From positions 5,432-69,431 of IMG/VR virus record IMGVR_UViG_3300030000_000007: a stretch of DNA of 64,000 bases. One strand, given 5' to 3'. Every line of letters begins with the position of its first letter. The first letter of the stretch is position 1. The notes beneath the pieces were generated by a model. That model had not been told where the DNA came from, ran no database searches, and saw nothing but the letters and a program-made list of their open reading frames with translations. The DNA comes from a virus. The position numbers were made by a program, and so were the translations under genes. Below are positions 28,994 to 38,272 of this stretch, piece after piece.

Positions 28994-29299
28994 TTATTCA
29001 GTTCCTTTAAGAGGTCTATTTTCGATGAACACATAAAGTTCTGCAGCTTTTTCAAGAAGATCAGCAGTTGAATATACTTTTGGTAACATTTCATCTTTGA
29101 TTGCTTTGAGCTGCTTTGCATCATAACCAGATACTTCATTTGAGTGTTGAAGGACTTGTTCTGTTATTCTGCATTCACTTGCATAAATCGAATCTAAATA
29201 GTGCTTAGCTAATTGTAGAACGTCAAATCTCAATTCAAAGGGTGTTTTGTTGGACATAATGTCTCCTGTGTGTTGTGTGTTAAGGTCATCAAGATTCAC
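28994..29299 (-). CDS. hypothetical phage protein (probable start MSNKTPFELR)
   Basis: TPFELRFDVLQLAK..AAELYVFI motif. Confidence 0.7.
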   Translation of the reverse strand: MNLDDLNTQHTGDIMSNKTPFELRFDVLQLAKHYLDSIYASECRITEQVLQHSNEVSGYDAKQLKAIKDEMLPKVYSTADLLEKAAELYVFIENRPLKGTE

Positions 29300-29580
29300 T
29301 TTACATCTAAAGTGGTTTTCACTCTGTTCTTTCCTACATGGTAACCATCACAATGTAGACATTTCCAATTCCCAAATTTTTTACCTATTTTCTTTTCCAT
29401 ACTTTCTGCAGCTCTTATAACTGATGCTTTCGTTGGATAACTTATTTTAGGTAAACTATCATTTCTAAGATGGGATCGTATATGGAATAAACCTTTTAAA
29501 TTACCATTTCGCCAATTTCTCCACAGTCGTTTGAGTGGTAATTGATCTTTTAAACCTAAATAAATATTTCTAATCTTCAC
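29296..29580 (-). CDS. hypothetical protein with CxxCxxxH motif
   Basis: WKCLHCDGYHVG. Confidence 0.6.
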   Translation of the reverse strand: MKIRNIYLGLKDQLPLKRLWRNWRNGNLKGLFHIRSHLRNDSLPKISYPTKASVIRAAESMEKKIGKKFGNWKCLHCDGYHVGKNRVKTTLDVK

Positions 29581-29601
29581 TTTTCTTGTTCAAATACTTT
29601 T

Positions 29602-30015
29602 TCAATTTTTTGGTACAACATTTATATATGCTATAGAAAAATTTGTTATTGTTTTAATTCCATTTTCGTCTGGCTGTGATACATCACCAGCACCGCACAC
29701 ACCATAAGAAACTTCAGCTTTTGTATTTATTAATTCTTGAAGTAACATACCTTTAGGTGTATCTAAAACTATAACATCTCCCATAAGTTTTCCATCCACC
29801 AATCTTAAATTAGATACTCTATGGGAAACATCTTGTATTGACATACTGAAAAAATCTCTCGTCTCTTCTGAATCCATGGATTCATTAGCAAATCCACCAA
29901 GAAGTTCTCTATCATTGACCTTTTCAATGGCTCTTTCAATTACCCCATGTGGGTAAATATTACCATTTACTGTCGGTTGATCCACATCTAAAATTTTAGC
30001 TACTAGTGAATACAT
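29602..30015 (-). CDS. prohead-protease-like protein (T4 gp21 fold), apparently degenerate
   Basis: DQPTVNGNIYP..VSHRV..VLDTPKG present; GELxHP and GVSSRG motifs not conserved. Confidence 0.65.
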   Translation of the reverse strand: MYSLVAKILDVDQPTVNGNIYPHGVIERAIEKVNDRELLGGFANESMDSEETRDFFSMSIQDVSHRVSNLRLVDGKLMGDVIVLDTPKGMLLQELINTKAEVSYGVCGAGDVSQPDENGIKTITNFSIAYINVVPKN

Positions 30016-30022
30016 TATTCAT

Positions 30023-30334
30023 TTACCTATGGAATTGTGATATTGCATCTTTAAAATAGATTGATTTTCTATCCTCTAAAACCCAACAACGTTTTACTAG
30101 CCATTTATCACTAAAAAGATTAAATGATAACCCACCTTCAATAAGTGCTGTTAAATCACTAGTTGATTCTAACAAATTCCATTTATGATTGCAAGATATG
30201 TATGCTTCACTACCGTCTTTGGTTGCTATTTTCAGTTTTTCAAAATTGACAATTGGTTCATTTGATATTTCTATCTCTATTTCTGATTTATTAAAATCAT
30301 TTTTGATAAAATCACTCACTACTAAAAATTTCAT
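30023..30334 (-). CDS. hypothetical protein (start MKFL)
   Basis: AAGGA SD; the longer ORF call runs through a tRNA. Confidence 0.55.
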   Translation of the reverse strand: MKFLVVSDFIKNDFNKSEIEIEISNEPIVNFEKLKIATKDGSEAYISCNHKWNLLESTSDLTALIEGGLSFNLFSDKWLVKRCWVLEDRKSIYFKDAISQFHR

Positions 30335-30349
30335 TATGTTCCTTAAAAT

Positions 30350-30426
30350 TGGTGCCCAAGGTGGGACTCGAACCCACAGAACCCAGCTTCTTAGACTGGT
30401 ACCTATACCAATTCGGTTACTTGGGC
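30350..30426 (-). tRNA. tRNA-Leu (AAG), short variable arm
   Basis: CCAGT-CTAAGAA-GCTGG; CCA. Confidence 0.75.
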
Positions 30427-30436
30427 AAAAACTAAA

Positions 30437-30567
30437 ATGTTGCGAATCTAAGTACAAGGATCGAACTTGCTTCTTCTGGATTACCAGTGCATTTCCTTCA
30501 ATGCTAACTTCATTACTTGCTAGGATACTTCCAACCACTTTCCTAGACCCTTTGGGTAGGGCAACAT
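30437..30567 (-). ncRNA. tRNA-like RNA without CCA embedded in a longer stem
   Basis: D arm, 4-bp/4-nt anticodon arm, GCAAGTTCGATCCTTGT T arm, closed by ATGTTGC/GCAACAT. Confidence 0.5.
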
Positions 30568-30575
30568 AATTCTAT

Positions 30576-30833
30576 TCAAAAAATATTATCTAACCACCAA
30601 CGTGGAAGATTTTCATCTTCATACAATTCACTTAAGACTAAATGACCTTTACTCTGATCTTCTTTCCACATTGCAACGGTTACATTTAACCATTGTTTAC
30701 CAACATAGAATCCATTTTTGTTTTTATCAACATGAGTTCCAAATGATTCACTATTGAACATGTCAATCAATGACTCATCACTAAAATCTAAACCCGTCCA
30801 ACCACTGGCAAAATATCTATAAAGATCCGCCAT
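30576..30833 (-). CDS. hypothetical protein
   Basis: 85-aa ORF. Confidence 0.6.
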   Translation of the reverse strand: MADLYRYFASGWTGLDFSDESLIDMFNSESFGTHVDKNKNGFYVGKQWLNVTVAMWKEDQSKGHLVLSELYEDENLPRWWLDNIF

Positions 30834-30925
30834 TCGTTTAAATTTAGAAGTTAAACCTCCTACTGTTTGTTTTAACTGACCTTTATTGCGTTTAGCTGGG
30901 ACATGCGAACCTCCTCATAAAAAAC

Positions 30926-31012
30926 TGGCGGGTCATGATAGACTCGAACTATCACCTATTGCTAAGTGGGACGGATTTCAAGTCCGTTTGGTACCCCGTA
31001 CCCCCATAACCC
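30926..31012 (-). tRNA. tRNA-Ser (TGA), 8/4-type cloverleaf
   Basis: 8-bp acceptor GGGTTATG/CATGACCC, G73, long variable arm, loop CT-TGA-AA. Confidence 0.8.
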
Positions 31013-31678
31013 TTATATTCTTCCTCTTGAATATCCATTTAAAAGATATTCATCTAAATTTTCTTTTTTGATCTTGATAGGTTTTACACCATTAGTTACC
31101 CAACAAGTTCCAAACTGACTGTTCTTTTCACCATCATGAGGTCTTCTAGAAGATAATGTTTCTTTTCTTTTAATTTTAGATGAATTAGATAAAGCAGCAA
31201 TAGCAGCCTTCCTAGTTCCATTTAACATTTTCTCTCTATGATTAGCCCATAAATCTATATTATTCTTTGTACAACTAATGCTTAGAGCACGTTTTACTTT
31301 AATTTTAGTTTCATTTGACCATAAGTGTCTATTAGAAAACCCACCAATTTTGCCCAAGAAAGAACGCTGCTCTTTAGATAATTCACTCCATCCACCTTCA
31401 CCACCATATTTCAAATTGATGTTAAGTGGGTCTTTCAGTAAATCTTCATTTACTATATCTCTTTCTCTCTGCTTCAGTTCATCTCTTGATAAACATTTAT
31501 CGACAATTTCTCTCACGTGGTTCTCATCGCCATATTTTTTGCGTGAGTAACCCAAAATTTTCCCACTACCAAGATAACCATCTTCCAAGTTATCTGTTGA
31601 ATGCATACCTACATAAAATTTACCCGTAACTTTACAAGTTGTTTTGTAGATGAAATGGTACTTCTTTTGTTTTGACAT
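31013..31678 (-). mobile_element. GIY-YIG (Seg-like) free-standing homing endonuclease
   Basis: FIYKTT..FYVGMHST..YLGSG; late promoter; sits between two tRNA-Ser genes. Confidence 0.85.
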
Positions 31679-31727
31679 ATCGGTTTCCTCCTATTTTATT
31701 TATAGGAATCTGCCAAAATGTCGAATA

Positions 31728-31810
31728 CGGAAGTTGATGGAATCGAACCATCACCGGTTGCCAAGTGGGCAGGCTTTCGAAACCTGTTTACTACCATAGC
31801 CCCAACTTCC
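31728..31810 (-). tRNA. tRNA-Ser (CGA), 8/4-type, CCA not encoded
   Basis: GGAAGTTG/CAACTTCC-G; loop TT-CGA-AA. Confidence 0.75.
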
Positions 31811-31817
31811 AAAAACA

Positions 31818-31951
31818 TTAAATTTAAAACAGCAAAAACGGAATTGGGAATTGCGTCCTGGCCCACCACGCGTAAAGGAATCGAACCTTCTAGGGTTTTT
31901 AAACCAAATAAAAGTAGATAACCAATTTACCAACGGCTGTTTTAAATTTAA
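31818..31951 (-). ncRNA. Y-RNA-like (YrlA-type) RNA
   Basis: 16-bp terminal stem ending CCG/UUG with a bulged C; T arm followed by acceptor- and D-like region. Confidence 0.65.
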
Positions 31952-31966
31952 AGTCTTCAAATCGAC

Positions 31967-32057
31967 TGGCGGAAGCGGTGAGATTCGAACTCACGGAGGG
32001 CTATTAACCCTCTCCGGTTTTCAAGACCGGTCCAATAAACCACTCTAGCACGCTTCC
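31967..32057 (-). tRNA. tRNA-Ser (TGA)
   Basis: Canonical type II cloverleaf, GCCA. Confidence 0.9.
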
Positions 32058-32063
32058 AAATTC

Positions 32064-32153
32064 TGGAGGAAAGATAGGGAATCGAACCCTAACCGGTTTT
32101 CACCAGTTCAACTGTTTTCCAAACAGTGACACTTCCAAAGTGTATAACTTTCC
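32064..32153 (-). tRNA. tRNA-Ser (GGA)
   Basis: ACTGT-TTGGAAA-ACAGT, long variable arm, CCA. Confidence 0.8.
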
Positions 32154-32305
32154 ATATTCTAAATCAAGTGGATGATCTATGTAGGCAAAGAGTCGAACTT
32201 TACTGCCATCTACATAAAGAACGTTGAGTTTCTAGCTACCCATTGTTCCAACCGGCCGGTCTAATCACGTGTGAACGCTAATCCACAACACCACCTGAAA
32301 TTCTT

Positions 32306-32438
32306 AAACTTTAGATAACAAAAATGACATTGAGCATTTGCTCTCCGCAACCAGCTTAGCAGCGTGGGAATCGAACCCACAGAGTGTTTTAATAAGAGTA
32401 AAGTTAGATAATCAATAATCTCCGGTTATCTAAAGTTT
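32306..32438 (-). ncRNA. Y-RNA-like (YrlA-type) RNA
   Basis: AAACTTTAGATAAC-CG..TTTTTG-TTATCTAAAGTTT stem; T arm GTGGGTTCGATTCCCAC before a D-like arm. Confidence 0.65.
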
Positions 32439-32605
32439 AAAAATTCAAAAACAAATAGTTCTTTCAACTGCACATCCTGAGAAGAAATTTATCGACTTTG
32501 CCAGCAGTTTATTGAATTAAAGTAGTTGTCTCGGTTACTTACTACTAAGAACTATTTGTTTATTTATTAAAGTAATTATAATTTGTATGTTAAATAAAGT
32601 AAACT

Positions 32606-33231
32606 TTATTCTATTTGCCAATCATATGAAGCACGAGTAAATCCTAAAGATAAATCTGTTATAAACGAAAAACGATAACCTTTCATTTCTTCAATAACCA
32701 TATCACCATTTGAATTTGATTCAAGAATTAATTTCCATTCACTTGAGTGTCCAGAATAAAAATCATCTATATTATCAGTACTAAATTTTTCTTTCTTTTG
32801 TGTATTTGAGTTAAACCAGACTTTTGAAAACTTAGATAATCCACCCGCTTTTAACAGGTTGTAAGTATCTTTTGAGTGATGATCACCTAAAACTAATTTC
32901 TTTATTCCTTCGTGTGCTCTTAAGAACCACAAAACTTTTGAAAATATTCTTTTACCTTCATATGAAGAATCCAACCAAATTGAATCAACAACTCTAGCAT
33001 CATCTTCATAAGGAAAAAACAAAACTGAACAAATAAAAATCATTCGATCTTCATCGAATAAAAAAATCTTCTCATCGTATTTCATCACTCTAAACATTTC
33101 AATGTCACCAATATGTTTAAACATATCTGGATGTTCATTAAAAATTTGCTATATTCACTAGCATATTTATCAGCTATAGGTCGAAAATTTCCACCTTTAA
33201 TAGCCATTTCACAAATTTCATGTGGCTTCAT
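32606..33231 (-). pseudogene. possibly frameshifted late gene (GNAT-like C-terminal part 32606..33124)
   Basis: Late promoter and ATG at 33231 (MKPHEICEM..) are out of frame with the 172-aa ORF; junction near AAATTTTTAA at about 33140. Confidence 0.4.
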
Positions 33232-33262
33232 TTCAACTGTCCATCAAAATGATTATTTATAG

Positions 33263-33385
33263 TAGGGAAGGAAGGATTCGAACCTTCGACAGGCAGCTTG
33301 GATAATCATTTAAGCACGGTTATTAAAATAACAAAAATCCAAAAACGACGTTGATGCAACCGTTCTACCACTGAACTACTTCCCT
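33263..33385 (-). tRNA. tRNA-like RNA with an about 50-nt anticodon-loop insertion carrying the Y-like motif
   Basis: AGGGAAG/CTTCCCT acceptor; perfect D and T arms; insert TTTTTG-TTATT-TT-AATAA-CCG..GATTATC. Confidence 0.65.
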
Positions 33386-33507
33386 GAAATTCTTGGAACA
33401 TTTAGGGAATTTAATGTTCCGGTGTCTCCTTTACCCGTAAGACTTTCGCCCAACCTATCTTTCGATAAGTCGTTAAACTGAGACTTTGTAAGGTGCGACC
33501 TTACCCT

Positions 33508-33660
33508 TTATGCTGCCATCAAAGCTGCTAGCTTCTTCCGTTGCTTGGAAGCACCGAGAGAATCCTTATCCAACCTTTCGAGCTTTTGTGCTGGGGTCAA
33601 TTTGGCCCAAGCAGCGTTACGAACATTGGCTTCAGCACGTTTTACACTTTTATCTTTCAT
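33508..33660 (-). CDS. small basic protein (50 aa), not in ORF track
   Basis: GGAG SD; MKDKSVKRAEANVRNAAWAKLTPAQKLERLDKDSLGASKQRKKLAALMAA. Confidence 0.65.
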   Translation of the reverse strand: MKDKSVKRAEANVRNAAWAKLTPAQKLERLDKDSLGASKQRKKLAALMAA

Positions 33661-33694
33661 TTGGAAATCTCCATCTAGTTAAAAATCAGTTAAT

Positions 33695-33784
33695 TGGCGG
33701 AGAACGTGGGAATCGAACCCACTGACCGTGTTCCCACGGCCTACGGATTAGCAATCCGCTGCATTACCATCCTGCCCGTTCTCC
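33695..33784 (-). tRNA. tRNA-Ser (GCT), 8/4-type possible
   Basis: GCGGA-TTGCTAA-TCCGT; GCCA. Confidence 0.85.
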
Positions 33785-33792
33785 ATATCTGT

Positions 33793-34350
33793 CTAATGCA
33801 ATCTTGAATGAGCCGGGATCGTCTTGGTTAAAAACTCAAGTTGATCTGCAAGGATATGTCTATTAGACAAAATCAAAGCTTCGCTCCTATTAGGAACATA
33901 CGGTACAAACAATAGCTGCATTCTTGCTTCTTCAAGTGTCATACAATCTTTGTGATTGTTACATTGCTTACAAGCAGAAATACAATTCATCCAGGTGTTT
34001 GCTCCACCCCTAGATTGTGGGATAATGTGATCTCGTGTAGCATCTTCACCTACCAAATGCTTTCCACAATATGCACAAGTGTTACGATCTCGACCGAACA
34101 AATTCTTATTTGTCAAAGGAACACTTCGGGTCTTTGTTCTTCCAAGGTTACGAATAGCAACAATAGAAGGAACTGAAACCGTTGATTCCAAACCTGTTAC
34201 ACGGGATGTTCCACCATGGTAAACGGTTTCGTCACCAAGAGACCATGCAATCAAATCTTTTACCTTGTAGACGACTCCTTCTTCCCATGTTGACCAACGC
34301 TGTGGGTGTCCGGCACTGTCTAACGTTAATACTAATGGGTACCTGTCCAT
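33793..34350 (-). CDS. HNH endonuclease (McrA-like)
   Basis: LFGRDRNTCAYCG..TRDHIIPQSRGG..WMNCISACKQCNNHK. Confidence 0.9.
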   Translation of the reverse strand: MDRYPLVLTLDSAGHPQRWSTWEEGVVYKVKDLIAWSLGDETVYHGGTSRVTGLESTVSVPSIVAIRNLGRTKTRSVPLTNKNLFGRDRNTCAYCGKHLVGEDATRDHIIPQSRGGANTWMNCISACKQCNNHKDCMTLEEARMQLLFVPYVPNRSEALILSNRHILADQLEFLTKTIPAHSRLH

Positions 34351-34364
34351 GATATTCGTCCTTT

Positions 34365-34607
34365 CTAAAAATCTTCAGTTTGTTTAAATTTCTTTTCCTG
34401 CATGGTAAGCTCTTTGAAAAATTTTCTAGGATTACCACACATTACACAATTTGGGTTTCCACAGTTCATTGCGTGTCGTTTGGTAAATTTACCTGGAACA
34501 CTTACATTAGCATTGAACGTTTTACCTATTATAACCTGTTTCTTTGTCTTTGTTTCGTCATTGTGAATTCTTTTTGAATGTTTTATTTTCTGTGATTCAT
34601 TTGACAT
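34365..34607 (-). CDS. hypothetical protein with CGNPNCVMCGNPR motif
   Basis: 80 aa, GGAG SD. Confidence 0.7.
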   Translation of the reverse strand: MSNESQKIKHSKRIHNDETKTKKQVIIGKTFNANVSVPGKFTKRHAMNCGNPNCVMCGNPRKFFKELTMQEKKFKQTEDF

Positions 34608-34697
34608 AAACTTTTCTCCTCGAGTTCCTAAGACATTTAAAAAATGCCTGAATAACCTTCAAGCTATCCAGGCATTTTAAGAAAGATTACTTTTTAA

Positions 34698-35165
34698 TTA
34701 AAAAGAATACTTAATACCTGTACTGACTTGATTTCCATTAAACTGACTTACACGTTCTTGACCGACCTTGTAAGAATAATCCGCTACCCAACTAACAGAT
34801 TTTGTCAATGGGTATGAAACTCCTACACCAACAGCCAATGCGTATCCGTTACTACCAATCGTTGGATCGATGTATGATACTCCGGCTTTACCTAGAACAT
34901 CTAATGCACCAAACTTAACAACTGAATATGAACCAGTAAGTGAATATTCAACAACTGAAGTAGACTTCACCATTGAACGATCATATGCAAGTTCTGCTCC
35001 AAAATCTCCAAACTTAGTACCGAGTGTCACACCCGTTGTAGTGAGTCCAGCTTGATTACTTTCAAGACTGTTTCCACCAGATTGACCCATACGGATACCT
35101 ACTTCTGCTCCCATAGCCATTGTGGAAGCTGCAACCAAAGCTGCGATCATAACTAATTTCTTCAT
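34698..35165 (-). CDS. OmpA/Ail-like 8-stranded outer-membrane beta-barrel
   Basis: Signal peptide MKKLV..AMG, amphipathic strands, C-terminal GIKYSF. Confidence 0.85.
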   Translation of the reverse strand: MKKLVMIAALVAASTMAMGAEVGIRMGQSGGNSLESNQAGLTTTGVTLGTKFGDFGAELAYDRSMVKSTSVVEYSLTGSYSVVKFGALDVLGKAGVSYIDPTIGSNGYALAVGVGVSYPLTKSVSWVADYSYKVGQERVSQFNGNQVSTGIKYSF

Positions 35166-35196
35166 ATTTTCTTTTCCCCTTTTTGTTAATGAAAAA

Positions 35197-35270
35197 TGGA
35201 AGCGGGTGACCGATTCGCACGGCCGATGCATCGAGCTTATGAGACTGATGTGGTGGCTTCCCTACCCGCT
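35197..35270 (-). tRNA. irregular tRNA (CAT)
   Basis: Loop CT-CAT-AA, atypical D arm and T loop, CCA. Confidence 0.55.
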
Positions 35271-35275
35271 ATATT

Positions 35276-35349
35276 TGGTGCCCCATCGTAGAATCGAACT
35301 ACGTTTTGATGCTTACAAGGCAACTGTAATACCAATATACTAAAAGGGC
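35276..35349 (-). tRNA. tRNA-Thr (TGT)
   Basis: Cloverleaf, loop CT-TGT-AA, ACCA. Confidence 0.85.
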
Positions 35350-35378
35350 AAAATCTTATAATCTCTATTTATATTATT

Positions 35379-35493
35379 TGGTGGGGAGGGGTGGGCTCGA
35401 ACCACCGACATATGCATAACTACTGCTGCAACCATAGAGTCGACCTGTTTGTAGTCTCGTTTTCAATGCTCTAACCAACTGAGCTACCTCCCC
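35379..35493 (-). tRNA. tRNA-like RNA with expanded anticodon arm (about 40 nt extra)
   Basis: GGGGAGG/CCTCCCC-ACCA, canonical D and T arms, no definable anticodon. Confidence 0.65.
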
Positions 35494-35569
35494 GTTGCAA
35501 AGGTTGGATTTGAACCAACGATCTCTAGCTTATGAGGCTAGTGAGATGACCAAGCTTCTCTACTCTGCT
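35494..35569 (-). tRNA. tRNA-Met (CAT), initiator-like
   Basis: 1:72 mismatch, CTAGC-CTCATAA-GCTAG. Confidence 0.75.
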
Positions 35570-35691
35570 ATATTCTTTTTCCTGCTTTCTCCCTCACGTT
35601 ATCTAACTCTTGGAGAATCTTGATCATTCTGTCAAATACCGAATAACGATCCGTATTCAACTAGACTGGCCCGCTAAGGCTCAGGAAAATC

Positions 35692-35765
35692 TGGTGCGGG
35701 TGGAGGGAATCGAACCCTCAACTAAACGTTGGCAACGTTTGATTTTACCACTAAACTACACACGC
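35692..35765 (-). tRNA. tRNA-Gly (GCC)
   Basis: Cloverleaf, TT-GCC-AA, CCA. Confidence 0.85.
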
Positions 35766-36083
35766 ATTTAATCTTTTTCACATTCATCATAGACATGGTC
35801 TAAATGATCCATTATGTTCTTCAACTCTCGATGTATTTCTTCAAAAAGTTGAAGTATATCTTGTTTAGATTTAGGATTCACTAAACTGTCCATTTTCATA
35901 TCACTTAGGTTGAACATTTGTTAAGTACCAGTTATATTGATCTCTACAAATATTTTCATACTCTTCATCAACATTTATATCATGGAATTCAGATAAACTT
36001 TTTAACGAATCTTTTAGACTGCTATTAATATATCTTTCAACCCATTCTTCAAATGTTAATATCATATGCTACCTCTTAAAATT

Positions 36084-36159
36084 TGGTGGAGGTGACAGGA
36101 CTCGAACCCGCTACCTACTGCTTGCAAAGCAGCCGCTCTCCCAGCTGAGCTACACCCCC
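36084..36159 (-). tRNA. tRNA-Ala (TGC)
   Basis: Canonical, G3:U70. Confidence 0.95.
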
Positions 36160-36163
36160 ATTA

Positions 36164-36259
36164 TATCGACAGAGAAGGATTTGAACCTTCACATTGCGCC
36201 CATGTTTAGTGGGTGCTAAGTATACCTATTCCTCACGTTACGCAAACATCTATCAATAT
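36164..36259 (-). ncRNA. tRNA-like RNA without CCA
   Basis: ATATTGATAGA/TCTGTCGATAT stem, D-like arm, hairpin, GAAGGTTCAAATCCTTC T arm. Confidence 0.5.
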
Positions 36260-36265
36260 TGTTTG

Positions 36266-36336
36266 AGCGGGTACCCAGATTCGAACTGGGTTCTATAGCT
36301 TGGAAGGCTAGGGCACAACCCATATACCATACCCGC
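36266..36336 (-). tRNA. tRNA-Gly (TCC)
   Basis: GCGGGTA/TACCCGC-T; loop CT-TCC-AA. Confidence 0.85.
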
Positions 36337-36966
36337 TCAAACAACACTAACCTTTCTACCATTTAAATATCCATTCAAGAGATATTCATCTAAATTTTCT
36401 TTTTTGATCTTGATAGGTTTTACACCATCAGTTACCCAACAAGATCCATATTGAGAATTCTTTTCACCACTTCCAGCCAGACTCATCTTTTCTTTAGCTG
36501 CAACAGAATGATTTTTCCCCAACATTCCAAAGGTTGCTAAAGATCCGTTTTTCTGTCTTGTTGCAAAAGACTTTTTCCTAATTTCAGGATTGGCATTTAG
36601 TTTATTCATTGCTACTATTCCACCAACCTTACCGCCAGCCATTGCACATTTTTTCTGATGCTCGATATTGTTGAATCCACCACCTCCACCTGGAGCGATG
36701 TTCATACATTTAGTATCAGCTCTTAAATCTTCAGTGAGAATTTCCTTTTCTCTATCTTTCAGTGACTGTCTAGATGGTAAGAATTCCAGAATTTCTTTCG
36801 TATGAATATCTATTCCGTGTTTCTTAATTGACCTAGTTATTAATTTACCACTACCAAAATATCCATCTTCTAAATTATCTGTTGAATGCATTCCGATATA
36901 AAATCTACCATCATTTCTGGTAATTTTATACAAGTAATGGAATTTTCGTTGATCTGCTCTTTGCAT
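36337..36966 (-). mobile_element. GIY-YIG (Seg-like) homing endonuclease
   Basis: YLYKITR..FYIGMHST..YFGSG; NUMOD3-like GKNHS; abuts tRNA-Gly. Confidence 0.85.
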
Positions 36967-37005
36967 AATAATCTCCTTTGAAATTATTTATACAAAAAGG
37001 TAACC

Positions 37006-37080
37006 TGGTGGACCGCCGGAGACTCGAACTCCGATTTACTACGTGCAAGGCAGTTGTAATTCCCCCTATACTAGCAGCCC
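37006..37080 (-). tRNA. tRNA-Ala (TGC), divergent second copy
   Basis: G3:U70, loop CT-TGC-AC, ACCA. Confidence 0.8.
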
Positions 37081-37086
37081 ATTTAT

Positions 37087-37338
37087 TCAAACTAACCAAA
37101 TATCCTTTACAACTGGAACTAAATTTGGAAACTCTGCATCATGAATATTAACAATTTCCATTAATGCAAGTGAAATTTTCAATTTGAATCCTTGACGTTT
37201 TCCGTCTCTTGAATCATTAATCAATTTGTTCATGTAAGGATAAAATTCTTTTTCACCCCATAGGAAATTAATTGCTTTAGCGATTCTAGGAAAATCATCA
37301 TTCACTATTGACAAATTATCATTTAGTTTTTTCATCAT
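37087..37338 (-). CDS. hypothetical protein (betaproteobacterial-type)
   Basis: FPRIAKAINFLWG..LINDSRDGKRQGF motif. Confidence 0.65.
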   Translation of the reverse strand: MMKKLNDNLSIVNDDFPRIAKAINFLWGEKEFYPYMNKLINDSRDGKRQGFKLKISLALMEIVNIHDAEFPNLVPVVKDIWLV

Positions 37339-37381
37339 ATCATTCCCGTATAAAATTTATTTATATCATCTTCAATCTGGT

Positions 37382-37816
37382 TTACCAATTATCAATATTT
37401 CGTGTTCCAAAATTACGCCAAAAATCGAATGTTAAATTACAAAAATTTTCTTCAAATACACATTTAGAATATCCAAATATTGCATCCCATAAATTCATTA
37501 AATCCAATGTTAAATGCTTTAGTATGTTACCACCATCTACACCCCAGATAAAAAATGCAATCGTAATTAATGTAGACAGATTATAAAATAAACCATCATA
37601 CATTAACTCGTTTGAAGTTTTATTAAACGTTGGTAAAATTACATACAGTGACCACAATAAATAACCAACAAAAATCCAATGTAATAGATGAAGTTGAAAT
37701 GCATAAATTGTCATATACATCAAACAAATTACCAAGGTAATCCAACCTAATGGAAATTGCCAGCTTTTTTCAGTTTTATCAAAATAGAATTTTGATATTA
37801 ATTTTTTCAACATCAT
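37382..37816 (-). CDS. membrane protein
   Basis: Three hydrophobic segments. Confidence 0.6.
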   Translation of the reverse strand: MMLKKLISKFYFDKTEKSWQFPLGWITLVICLMYMTIYAFQLHLLHWIFVGYLLWSLYVILPTFNKTSNELMYDGLFYNLSTLITIAFFIWGVDGGNILKHLTLDLMNLWDAIFGYSKCVFEENFCNLTFDFWRNFGTRNIDNW

Positions 37817-37833
37817 ATGATCCCATTAAAAAT

Positions 37834-37918
37834 TGGTGCGTAAGAAGGGAGTCGAACCCTCAATCCTTTCGGCATTGGCTTCTAAGACCAACGTGTATGC
37901 CAGTTCCACCACTCACGC
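37834..37918 (-). tRNA. tRNA-Leu (TAG)
   Basis: Type II cloverleaf, CT-TAG-AA. Confidence 0.9.
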
Positions 37919-37924
37919 AAATAC

Positions 37925-38008
37925 TGGAAGCAACGGGCGGGAGTCGAACCCGCTATTACAAGCTTATGAGACTTGTGTGGTTTAAAGTATCCGTTCCACT
38001 TCCCTGCT
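37925..38008 (-). tRNA. tRNA (CAT) with enlarged D loop
   Basis: CAAGT-CTCATAA-GCTTG; TCCA. Confidence 0.7.
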
Positions 38009-38016
38009 ATAATCAA

Positions 38017-38071
38017 AAGAACAAAAGTTTCAATGGGATAATAATGAAGATAACCCATCAAGTCGGTTCTT
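38017..38071 (-). ncRNA. minimal Y-like motif RNA
   Basis: AAGAAC-CG..GGGTTATC..CCCAT..TTTTG-TTCTT. Confidence 0.55.
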
Positions 38072-38077
38072 ATATTC

Positions 38078-38152
38078 TGGTCCGCCGTGCAGGAATCGAA
38101 CCCACATTCACTCTTTAGAAGAGAGTTGTCCTATCCGTTGAACGAACAGCGG
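38078..38152 (-). tRNA. tRNA-Arg (TCT)
   Basis: ACTCT-CTTCTAA-AGAGT; ACCA. Confidence 0.85.
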
Positions 38153-38186
38153 TAAATTTGTTATTGTTTTTCTTATTCTAAAATCT

Positions 38187-38270
38187 TGGTGCCTCGGGAG
38201 AGATTCGAACTCTCAACCCTTTCGGGGACGGCTTCTTAGACCGCTGTGTAAACCGTTCCACCACCGAGGC
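38187..38270 (-). tRNA. tRNA-Leu (AAG)
   Basis: Type II cloverleaf, CT-AAG-AA. Confidence 0.85.
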
Positions 38271-38272
38271 AT

